This document shows, piece by piece, positions 1-7,291 of a stretch of DNA of 15,519 bases (its first letter is position 1; the number at the start of each line of letters is the position of its first letter). The stretch is from assembly GCA_040756235.1 (NCBI GenBank), contig JBFLZG010000136.1, forward strand, positions 1 to 15,519, read 5' to 3'. The notes beneath the pieces are model-generated. The model was not told where the DNA came from. It saw nothing but the letters and a program-made list of their open reading frames with translations, and ran no database searches. Made by a program: the position numbers and the translations under genes. This DNA is from a bacterium (GTDB taxonomy: Bacteria; Desulfobacterota; DSWW01).

Positions 1-1596
1 GCCCGGCCGGCTCACGAGAAGCCTTTCGCCAACGAGCCCCGCCTCGACTGGGCCCTGCCGGAGATCCGCGAGCGGTTTCGCCGGGCCCTTGCAGAGGTCC
101 GCCGCCGGTTTCCGCTGGACGTGCCCCTTTGGATCGGCGGCCGGAGCTCGAGGACGGGCCGCACCTTCCGTTCCACCAACCCGAACGATCCCGAAGAAGT
201 CGTGGGGATCGTCGCCTCCGCCGCAAAGGAGGAGGTGGAGCAGGCCTTGCGCCATGCCCGCGATGCCTTTCCGGCCTGGCGCGACACCGATCCCACGGCG
301 CGCGCAGAGTGCCTCTTTCGCGCAGCCCGGGTCGCCCGCAAGGAGCGCTGCGAGCTCGCTGCCCTTGAGGTCTTCGAGACCGGAAAGGGCTGGAGGGAGG
401 CGGACGGCGACGTCTGTGAAGCGATCGATTTTCTCGAATACTACGGCCGGGAGATGGTCCGGCTGGGGCCGCCCAGGCGGATGCTGCCGGTCCCGGCCGA
501 GGCGAGCCGGCTCCTTTACGAGCCGCGCGGAGTCGCCGCGGTCATCGCTCCCTGGAACTTTCCGCTGGCCATCTCCATGGGAATGACGGCTGCCGCGCTG
601 GTCGCGGGCAACGCCGTCCTCTACAAGCCGAGCTCCCAGTCGGCCGTGACCGGTTCCATGATCCCCCGGATCTTCCGCGACGCCGGGCTCCCCGAGAGGG
701 TCCTGCAGTTCCTCCCGGGGCCGGGAGGAGAGATCGGCGATGTTCTGGTCTCGCACCCGGAGGTCGCGCTCATCGCCTTCACCGGGAGCAAGGAGGTGGG
801 CCTTCGCATCCTCGAGCTGGCCGCCAGGACGCCGCAGGGGGCCGGCGGCGTGAAGCAGGTGATCGCCGAAATGGGCGGAAAGAACGCGATTATCCTGGAC
901 AGCGACGCCGACCTCGACGAGGCCATCGTCTCGGTCCTCGATTCCGCCTTCGGCTACCAGGGGCAGAAATGCTCGGCCTGCTCGCGCCTCATCGTCCTGG
1001 AGGAGAACTATGAAAGAGTCATCCAGCGCCTGAGGGCCGCGGCCGAGAGCGTGAACCTGGGGCCGGCCGAGGATCCGGCGAGCTACATGGGCGCCGTGAT
1101 CGATGCCGCTGCCAGGCAGAAGATCGAAAAGTATATCGAGATCGGGAAAGGCGAAGGCCGGCTCCTCGTCTGTCGCGACCTGCCGGGCGGCAAGGGGCAC
1201 GCCGTACCCATGGCAATCTTCATCGACGTCCGCCCGGAACATCGCCTCGCTCAGGAGGAGATCTTCGGCCCGGTGCTTTCGGTGATCAAGGCAAGGGACT
1301 TCGGCGAGGCCCTGAGCATTGCCAATCGTTCGCAGTACGCCCTGACCGGCGCGGTCTTCTCGCGCAGCCCTGCCCACCTCGAGCGGGCGGCACGGGAATT
1401 CCGGGTGGGGAACCTGTACCTGAACCGGGGCTGCACCGGGGCCATGGTGGGCCGGCACCCGTTCGGCGGGTTCAAGCTGTCCGGGACGGGCACGCAGGCC
1501 GGCGGCCCGGATTACCTCACGCACTTCATGGTGCCTCGCAACGTGGCCGAGAACACGATGCGCCGGGGCTTTGCGCCGGCCACGGAAAACGGGTGA
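1..1596 (+). CDS. putA: Delta-1-pyrroline-5-carboxylate dehydrogenase domain, probably the C-terminal part of bifunctional PutA (5'-truncated by the window edge)
   Basis: Frame 1 is open from base 1 (ARPAHEKPFANEPRLDW..), so GTG 121 is not the true start. ALDH motifs: PWNFPLAI, FTGSKEVG, EMGGKN, catalytic GQKCSACSR, EEIFGP, PFGG. The F-x-NEP linker and ENTMRRGFAP tail resemble Geobacter-type PutA. Confidence 0.85.
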   Translation, partial: ARPAHEKPFANEPRLDWALPEIRERFRRALAEVRRRFPLDVPLWIGGRSSRTGRTFRSTNPNDPEEVVGIVASAAKEEVEQALRHARDAFPAWRDTDPTARAECLFRAARVARKERCELAALEVFETGKGWREADGDVCEAIDFLEYYGREMVRLGPPRRMLPVPAEASRLLYEPRGVAAVIAPWNFPLAISMGMTAAALVAGNAVLYKPSSQSAVTGSMIPRIFRDAGLPERVLQFLPGPGGEIGDVLVSHPEVALIAFTGSKEVGLRILELAARTPQGAGGVKQVIAEMGGKNAIILDSDADLDEAIVSVLDSAFGYQGQKCSACSRLIVLEENYERVIQRLRAAAESVNLGPAEDPASYMGAVIDAAARQKIEKYIEIGKGEGRLLVCRDLPGGKGHAVPMAIFIDVRPEHRLAQEEIFGPVLSVIKARDFGEALSIANRSQYALTGAVFSRSPAHLERAAREFRVGNLYLNRGCTGAMVGRHPFGGFKLSGTGTQAGGPDYLTHFMVPRNVAENTMRRGFAPATENG

Positions 1597-1630
1597 GGCG
1601 GGGAGAGGTTTCTCGGGAGCGAGTTTGCAC

Positions 1631-1729
1631 TCCCTCTCCCTCGTACGGGGGACAGGGTCGGGGTGAGGGGGGAAACAGGACCAGATTCACCCCTCATCCT
1701 GACCTTCTCCCCTCGGCGAGGGGAGAAGG
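1631..1729. repeat. Inverted pair of CCCCTCACCC..CTCTCCC..GGGAGAGGG-type REP-like repeats
   Basis: The reverse complement of 1631-1672 (CCCCTCACCCCGACCCTGTCCCCCGTACGAGGGAGAGGG) resembles 1690-1729 (CCCCTCATCCTGACCTTCTCCCCTCGGCGAGGGGAGAAGG). Each copy contains its own hairpin. Confidence 0.75.
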
Positions 1730-1814
1730 TAGAAGACGAACCGACAGCCTTTCCAGAGGGGCGGCTTCCACGGCGACGGCTGCGGAGCGCCCGCGCCCGT
1801 ACCGCCGTGGATTG

Positions 1815-1843
1815 TTGCCTATTCATGTGGTAGGATTTAGCCT
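1815..1843 (+). promoter_or_regulatory. Possible sigma70 promoter for the homocysteine synthesis operon
   Basis: AT-richer patch with TTGCCT(1815-1820)-17 nt-TAGCCT(1838-1843). An alternative extended -10, TGgTAGGAT, lies at 1828-1836. Confidence 0.35.
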
Positions 1844-1901
1844 CACTGTGGCGGGGCACGCCTTGCTTTCACTTTCCAACCGCACGGGGCAGAGGGGACC
1901 C

Positions 1902-3149
1902 ATGGCAAAGAGCGTCGAGGAGATCAACGAGAAGATCCGGGCCGGGAAGGCCGTGGTGGTGAACGCCGAGGAGATGATCGGCATCGTGGGCCAGGAGGGC
2001 TCCGCGAAAGCCGCCGAAAAGGTGGACGTGGTGACGACCGGCACCTTCGGTCCCATGTGCTCCTCCGGCATGTACGTCAACTTCGGGCACCCCAGCCCGC
2101 GGATCAAGGCCGGAGGCGGCCGCTGCACGCTGAACGACGTGCCCGCGTACACGGGCTTCGCCGCCGCCGACGTCTACCTCGGCTGCACGGCCCTGCCGGA
2201 GGACGATCCGCGCAACAAGGTCCGGCCCGGCCGCTTCCGCTACGGCGGCGGCCACGTGATCGAGGAGCTCGTGGCAGGCAAGGACATCCGCCTGGTCGTC
2301 GAATCCTACGGCACGGACTGCTACCCGAGGAAGAAGCTCGAGACCCTGATCAACATTGCGGACGTGAACGAAGCGGTCCTGTTCAACCCCAGGAACGCCT
2401 ACCAGAACTACAACTGCGCGGTCAATCTTTCCGGCAAGACCCGCTATACCTACATGGGTGTCCTCAAGCCGGACCTCGGCAACGCCACCTACTGCTCGGC
2501 CGGGCAGCTCTCGCCTCTGCTCAACGATCCCCTCTACCGCACCATCGGTCTGGGCACGCGCATCTTCCTGGGGGGCGGCATCGGTTACGTCGCCTGGCAG
2601 GGCACCCAGCACAATCCCACAGTCAAACGGACGGACAACGGGGTGCCCGTGGGCGGTGCCGGCACGCTGGCCGTGATCGGCGACCTCAAGCAGATGAAGC
2701 CCGAGTTCCTGCGGGGCGCCAGCTTCTACGGGTACGGGGCGACCCTCGTGGTCGGCATCGGCATTCCGATCCCGGTCCTGGACGAGGAGATGGCCCGGTT
2801 CACGGCGGTCGGAGACGAAGGGATCTTCGCGCCGATCGTGGACTACAGCCACGCGTACCCCAACCGGATGGCCGAGACCCTGGGAGAGGTGAGCTACCGC
2901 GAGCTTCGATCCGGCCGCATCCGGGTGAACGGCCGGGAGGTCCCCACGGGCTCCCTGTCGAGCTACCCGAAGGCGCTCGAGATCGCCAACGAGCTGAAGC
3001 GCTGGATTCGGGAAGGCAGCTTCTTCCTGACCCGGCCGGTGGCGCCCATTGCCGGCGCGGAGTCCGGTATCGTGTTCAAGCCCCTCAAAGAACGCCCCTT
3101 TGCGCAAGACGACCTGGAACGCCTGACCGGGAAGGAGGCCTCAAGGTGA
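1902..3149 (+). CDS. Homocysteine biosynthesis protein / L-aspartate-semialdehyde sulfurtransferase (DUF39, MA1821-like), no CBS domains
   Basis: MAKSVEEINEKIRAGKAVVVNAEEM..VDVVTTGTFGPMCSSG, YGGGHVIEELV, NPRNAYQNY, GQLSPLLNDP, GTQHNP. ATG 1902 follows GAGGGG. The ORF-track extension from 1593 runs through repeat DNA. Confidence 0.9.
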   Translation: MAKSVEEINEKIRAGKAVVVNAEEMIGIVGQEGSAKAAEKVDVVTTGTFGPMCSSGMYVNFGHPSPRIKAGGGRCTLNDVPAYTGFAAADVYLGCTALPEDDPRNKVRPGRFRYGGGHVIEELVAGKDIRLVVESYGTDCYPRKKLETLINIADVNEAVLFNPRNAYQNYNCAVNLSGKTRYTYMGVLKPDLGNATYCSAGQLSPLLNDPLYRTIGLGTRIFLGGGIGYVAWQGTQHNPTVKRTDNGVPVGGAGTLAVIGDLKQMKPEFLRGASFYGYGATLVVGIGIPIPVLDEEMARFTAVGDEGIFAPIVDYSHAYPNRMAETLGEVSYRELRSGRIRVNGREVPTGSLSSYPKALEIANELKRWIREGSFFLTRPVAPIAGAESGIVFKPLKERPFAQDDLERLTGKEASR

Positions 3150-3553
3150 TCTCCCATCGCATCGTCATCAAGTACCCGCCGCGGCTCGTGGACAAGCCGG
3201 TCCTGTGCCGACTGGCACGCGATTTCGGGTTGGACTTCAACATCCTGCGCGCCCAGGTCTCGCCGGAGACGGGAGGCCTCATGGTCCTGGAGATCTCGGG
3301 GGAGCCGCGAAACTATCGGGAGGCCATGCAGCGCTTCGAGGACGAGGGCATCACGACGCAGATGCTCTCCAGGGACATCGTCTGGGACGAGAGCCGCTGC
3401 ACCCAGTGCGGCGTCTGCGTGACGCTTTGCCCGAGCGGCGCCTTGACCGCCGACCCGGTGACGCGGCTCGTGTCCTACGATGCGGAGCGCTGCGCGGCGT
3501 GCGAGTACTGCGTCAACATCTGCCCGGTGCAGGCCCTGCAGGTGCTTTTCTGA
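3146..3553 (+). CDS. NIL domain + 2x[4Fe-4S] ferredoxin (MA1822-like partner of the sulfurtransferase), 135 aa
   Basis: GTG 3146 overlaps the upstream stop (GTGA), with GGAGG SD. KPVLCRLARDFGLDFNILRAQV (NIL), then CTQCGVCVTLCP and CAACEYCVNICP. Confidence 0.9.
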   Translation: MISHRIVIKYPPRLVDKPVLCRLARDFGLDFNILRAQVSPETGGLMVLEISGEPRNYREAMQRFEDEGITTQMLSRDIVWDESRCTQCGVCVTLCPSGALTADPVTRLVSYDAERCAACEYCVNICPVQALQVLF

Positions 3554-3595
3554 GCCCTCGCCGCGGGCCTCGCGAAAAAGCGGCTCCTCCTGTTG

Positions 3596-3615
3596 GGGCG
3601 ACGCATGCGTCGCCC
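3596..3615. repeat. Perfect 20-bp palindrome GGGCGACGCATGCGTCGCCC (degenerate GTAG-type REP; may act as a terminator)
   Basis: Exact self-complement. Preceded by GTTG and followed by pyrimidine-rich TCCCTCTTT, about 40 nt after the ferredoxin stop. Confidence 0.6.
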
Positions 3616-3631
3616 TCCCTCTTTGCTTCAA

Positions 3632-3675
3632 CTTGATCCGGGTCAAGGACCGGCCGGCTCGAAAGTCGATATCCT
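3632..3675 (+). promoter_or_regulatory. FNR/DNR/HcpR-type box with a class II-positioned -10 element
   Basis: cTTGAT-ccgg-GTCAAg at 3632-3647 (9/10 to FNR TTGAT-N4-ATCAA and 9/10 to TTGAC-N4-GTCAA). TATCCT at 3670-3675 places the box centre near -42. Confidence 0.6.
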
Positions 3676-3721
3676 CGAATCGAAACCGTCGACCTGCGTA
3701 CCTTCCATCCGCGCCCGGACC

Positions 3722-4106
3722 CCTGGTCTGGCCAAGGAGAAGTTGGAAGCAGGTGAGCGGCCCAGGCCGGAGCTCTTCGAGAAGGCCCTGGAGTTTGCCC
3801 GAACCTTCGTGCTCAAGTACCATCACTTCAAGGAAGAGCACGTGATGTTCGGACTGCTGGCGCAAAGGAGAAACGGAGCGCTCCCAGACCTTCTCGCTGC
3901 TGGAGAACCTGGCAGCCTACGTCTCGCTCCTGCGACAGCACATTCACAAAGAAGACCACGTCTTCTATCCCATGGTGGAGATGGAGCTCTCGGGGGAGTA
4001 AAAGAGGGCGCTCGCCCGGGAGTTCGAAGACGAGGACAGGAAGGCCGGAGGGGGCGCGGTGGATCGGGCGCGCAAGCAGGTCCTCGAGATCGGCCTCCTG
4101 TTGTAA
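3722..4106 (+). pseudogene. Hemerythrin-like (HHE cation-binding) protein pseudogene
   Basis: One frame reads LAKEKLEAGERPRPELFEKALEFARTFVLKYHHFKEEHVMFGLL. It shifts frame near 3885 into LLENLAAYVSLLRQHIHKEDHVFYPMVEMELSGE*(TAA 3999-4001)KRALAREFE..LEIGLLL* (4106). Two H-x-x-x-E-(E/D)-x-x-x-(F/Y) motifs are present. No good start codon; the 5' boundary is approximate. Confidence 0.75.
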
Positions 4107-4141
4107 CGGCCCTGCAAGCGAGCCCTCGATGAGGTCCTGAG

Positions 4142-5215
4142 GTGGATATGGCCGAGACTTACGGCAGGATGGATGAGGAGGAGCTGCGTGACCGGATCCG
4201 GAACAGAAAAGAGGCTCTCGGAAAACGCCTGGTCATTCTTGGCCATCATTACCAGCGCCAGGAGGTGATCGACTTCGCCGATTTCCGCGGCGACTCCCTG
4301 GGGCTCTCGCGGCTGGCCGCAGCCCAGAAAGAGTGCGAGTTCATCGTCTTCTGCGGGGTCCATTTCATGGCCGAGAGCGCCGAGATCCTCCGTCAGGAGC
4401 ACCAGACCGTCCAACACCCGGACTTTCGGGCTGGATGCCCCCTGGCCGCAACGGCGGACCTGGCGGCGGTCAAGCAAGCCTGGGAGATCGCCCAGGACGC
4501 GCTCGACGACGGCTCCCGGCGCGTCATGCCCGTGACCTACATGAATTCCGAAGCGGCCCTGAAGGCCTTTTGCGGCAGAAACGGCGGAGCGGTCTGCACC
4601 TCATCCAATGCGCCGGCTGCCTTCCGTTGGGCTTTCCGGCAGGCTGAGAAGCTCTTCTTCTTTCCGGACGAACATCTCGGCCGCAATTCGGCCAGGCAGA
4701 TCGGCATCCCGCGCCAGGAGATCCTTCTCTGGGACCCCGAGAGCTCTCCGCAGGACCCGGAGATCGGGAAGAAGATCCGGGCCGCAAGCCTCCTGCTGTG
4801 GAAGGGCTTCTGCCATGTGCATACGCACTTCAGCGTCGAGCACGTGCGCAAGGCGCGGGCTGCCAGCCCGGGAGCCAGGATCGTCGTCCACCCCGAATGC
4901 CTGGAGGAGGTGGTCCGGGAAGCGGATGCGTCAGGCTCGACCGAGTTCATCTGCCGCTACGTGCAGGAAGCGCCGGCCGGGAGCACGATCTTCGTCGGGA
5001 CCGAGATCAACCTGGTGAGCCGGCTGGGCCGGGAGCATCCGGACAAACAGGTCTTCGAGCTCGCCCGCTCGCTGTGCCCCAACATGTTCCGGATCGATCT
5101 TTTCAAGCTCCTGCGCACCCTGGAAGGGATCGGCCGCTTCAACCGGGTCTCGGTGGATCCACAGACCAAAGAGCAGGCGCGGGCGGCCCTCGAGAGAATG
5201 CTGGAGATGGGGTAA
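4142..5215 (+). CDS. nadA: Quinolinate synthase
   Basis: ILGHHYQRQEV, GDSLGLS, VFCGVHFMAESA, YMNS, CTSSNA, FFPDEHLGRN, VHPEC, GTEINL. Three cluster Cys in AGCPLA, GFCHVH and SLCPNM. Start is GTG 4142 or ATG 4148. Confidence 0.95.
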   Translation: MDMAETYGRMDEEELRDRIRNRKEALGKRLVILGHHYQRQEVIDFADFRGDSLGLSRLAAAQKECEFIVFCGVHFMAESAEILRQEHQTVQHPDFRAGCPLAATADLAAVKQAWEIAQDALDDGSRRVMPVTYMNSEAALKAFCGRNGGAVCTSSNAPAAFRWAFRQAEKLFFFPDEHLGRNSARQIGIPRQEILLWDPESSPQDPEIGKKIRAASLLLWKGFCHVHTHFSVEHVRKARAASPGARIVVHPECLEEVVREADASGSTEFICRYVQEAPAGSTIFVGTEINLVSRLGREHPDKQVFELARSLCPNMFRIDLFKLLRTLEGIGRFNRVSVDPQTKEQARAALERMLEMG

Positions 5216-5227
5216 GGGAGGCGGCAT

Positions 5228-6712
5228 TTGAACCGCTTGCGGACTTGCCTCGACAGACCCCTCGCGGGCTTCCTTGCTGCCCTGGTGGTCTTGCTTCAGG
5301 CGCGGGCGGCTTCCGCGCTGCCGTGGCAGGGGCTGGTCGAGGAGTTGAAGAAAGTCGAGGCCGGCGCCGAAGGGCGGTTGCGCTATGAGTGGTGGAGCGG
5401 TCTGGAGGCGGCACCTGCGGGGGATCCCGACTACGATTTCTTCAGCCTGAGGGTGCGGCCCTACGCGCGGTATCCGGGAGAACGCTTCACCTTCTTCTTC
5501 CAGTTCCAATATGCCGGGGGGTTCGACCTCCCGCAGGAGGCCGTCTCCGGTCCGGGGGCTGCCTACTTCGGCGCCAGCACGCCCAAGGAAGATCCGCAGG
5601 CCACGGACGTGCTCGAGCTCTATATGCAGGCCCGGGATCTGCTCTTGAAGGGGCTGGGCTTCCGCGTCGGCCGGCAGGCCATCCAGGAGGGGCTCGAGGT
5701 CGTCTACGACGACCCGGCTTTCAACTGGCTCAAGAAGGCCAGGCTTTCCGAAAGACTGGTGGGCATCTGGGAGTGGCCGAACGTCGGCAGGCGGTTCGAT
5801 GCCGCAGACGTGTTCTTCGGCACGACCGACCTCCATCTGGATGTCTATGCGGCCAAGGTCCTGGCCGGAGGGGTCGAGTACGGAGAAGCCATGAGCCCTC
5901 TGGACGACCTGGACCTGCTCGGCGGCTCCGTGACCCTGAAGAGGGGCGCCGTTCTGAAGGCTACGGAATTCAGGCTGTTCGAGATCTACTGCCGCGACGA
6001 CCGGACCTCGGCCGAGCAGGTTGCCGGGGGGGCCATCGAGCTCCACTCCGCCGGCGGCAGCCTGGCCGGAATCTATCCCGGTCCCGGTCCCGGACAGCTG
6101 GATTTGCTGCTGTGGGGATGTTACCAGTGGGGAGACTGGGGTCGGCAGGACCATCGAGCTTACGCGGTCGTGGCGGAAACCGGATACCAGATGAAGGATC
6201 TGTGGTCCAAACCCTGGCTCAGGGCCGGGCTCGCTCACGCCTCGGGTGACGGCGACCCCGCGCGCGGTGAGCACAAGAGTTTCTTCAATCTGGTCCCGAC
6301 CAACCACAAGTACTACGGCTACCTGGACACCACGGCCCTTTCCAACCTGGTGAATGCCTATTTTCAGCTCCTTCTCAGGCCGGCGGACAAGCTCGTCCTG
6401 CAGGCCGACGGGCACCTGTTCTGGCTGGACGAGGGAGCGGACAGCTGGTACGCCGGATCCGGGGCGGTCACGGACCGGATCTTCGGTTTCGCCGGCGGCT
6501 ACGATGCGTCGAAGGGCACGTCCGCCAGACTCACGGGCGGAAAGAGGTTCGTGGGCAGCGAGCTCGATCTCACCGCGACCTGCAACGCCTACGAGTACGT
6601 GGAATTCCAGGCCGGCTACTCGCACTTCTTCGGCGCCGAAGGGGCCGAAAGGGCGTTTCCGGCGCAGAAGAGCGCCGATTGGTTCTTCCTTCAGACCAGC
6701 GTGCGGTTCTGA
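5228..6712 (+). CDS. Outer-membrane beta-barrel porin, alginate-export (AlgE-like) family
   Basis: TTG start with GGGAGG SD, signal peptide ending ASA, amphipathic strands (RLRYEWW, GFRVGRQ, RRFDA, AHASGDGDP..FFNLVPTNHKYYG, VGSELDL, FQAGYSHFF) and a C-terminal Phe (WFFLQTSVRF, beta-signal). Confidence 0.8.
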   Translation: MNRLRTCLDRPLAGFLAALVVLLQARAASALPWQGLVEELKKVEAGAEGRLRYEWWSGLEAAPAGDPDYDFFSLRVRPYARYPGERFTFFFQFQYAGGFDLPQEAVSGPGAAYFGASTPKEDPQATDVLELYMQARDLLLKGLGFRVGRQAIQEGLEVVYDDPAFNWLKKARLSERLVGIWEWPNVGRRFDAADVFFGTTDLHLDVYAAKVLAGGVEYGEAMSPLDDLDLLGGSVTLKRGAVLKATEFRLFEIYCRDDRTSAEQVAGGAIELHSAGGSLAGIYPGPGPGQLDLLLWGCYQWGDWGRQDHRAYAVVAETGYQMKDLWSKPWLRAGLAHASGDGDPARGEHKSFFNLVPTNHKYYGYLDTTALSNLVNAYFQLLLRPADKLVLQADGHLFWLDEGADSWYAGSGAVTDRIFGFAGGYDASKGTSARLTGGKRFVGSELDLTATCNAYEYVEFQAGYSHFFGAEGAERAFPAQKSADWFFLQTSVRF

Positions 6713-6760
6713 CCTTCCGGAGTGCGCCTCGAGGCTCCGGGCGGGGGGATGGCGCCCTCG

Positions 6761-7288
6761 ATGAAAAAGCGGTTCAAACCATTCTTGTGGCTTTCTGCCG
6801 GAGTGCTCCTGGGCTTTCCGCTCTTCAGCCTGCTTTACTACACCATGGTGCGGACCTCGACGCCGGCGTTCTGCGCGGCCTGTCACGAGATCCAGCCCGC
6901 CTACCACACCTGGAAGACCTCCACCCACGCGTATAATGCACGAGGATTCGTCGCCGACTGCATGGACTGCCACCTGCCTGCGCCTCAGGACACTTACAAC
7001 TTCTTCTTTGCCAAGACGCTGCACGGCATGAAGGATGTGGCCGCGCATTTCTTGCTGGAAACCTATGACCGCGGGGAGAACCGCGCGGCGGCCCGGCGCT
7101 CCATCAAGAACGCCCAGTGCCAGAAGTGCCACCGCGACCTGCTGCACATCCCGCGCAAGCGCGGCGCCATGCTGGCGCACCGTTCCGTGCTGTACCCCAG
7201 GCCGGGGTCGGAGAAGCGTTGTGTCGACTGCCACCAGGATCTGGTCCACGTCGAGCGTGCCGCTTATCGGCAGCTGCCAGGAGGATGA
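6761..7288 (+). CDS. Membrane-anchored tetraheme cytochrome c, NapC/NirT (NrfH/cM552-like) quinol dehydrogenase
   Basis: N-terminal TM helix, RTSTPAFCAACH, WKTSTH, CMDCHLP, K-x6-D (AKTLHGMKD), CQKCH, CVDCH..VH; 4 CxxCH in total. The start could be 6749 or 6761. Confidence 0.9.
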   Translation: MKKRFKPFLWLSAGVLLGFPLFSLLYYTMVRTSTPAFCAACHEIQPAYHTWKTSTHAYNARGFVADCMDCHLPAPQDTYNFFFAKTLHGMKDVAAHFLLETYDRGENRAAARRSIKNAQCQKCHRDLLHIPRKRGAMLAHRSVLYPRPGSEKRCVDCHQDLVHVERAAYRQLPGG

Positions 7289-7291
7289 GGA

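Noticed and set aside
1745..1900. Possible SAM-I riboswitch upstream of the homocysteine genes (TCCAGAGGGGCGG; stem TCCACGGCG..CGCCGTGGA)
   Set aside because: The following GAGGGA/GGCCC, GCAACC and GGTGC core elements are absent. Only a generic GC hairpin is supported; cmscan would settle it.
1593..1901. 103-aa N-terminal extension of the DUF39 ORF
   Set aside because: Translates REP-like repeats. Family similarity and the SD begin at ATG 1902.
2057..3145. Long N-terminal part of ORF 2057..3553
   Set aside because: Off-frame overlap with the DUF39 gene. The real gene starts at GTG 3146.
3999..4001. In-frame stop as a recoding site
   Set aside because: It is TAA, not TGA/TAG, so it is not Sec/Pyl. 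Other genes in the window use standard stops.
3593..4132. 179-aa ORF as an intact gene
   Set aside because: Only the middle is hemerythrin-like. The start lies in a palindrome and the tail is out of frame, so it is treated as a pseudogene.
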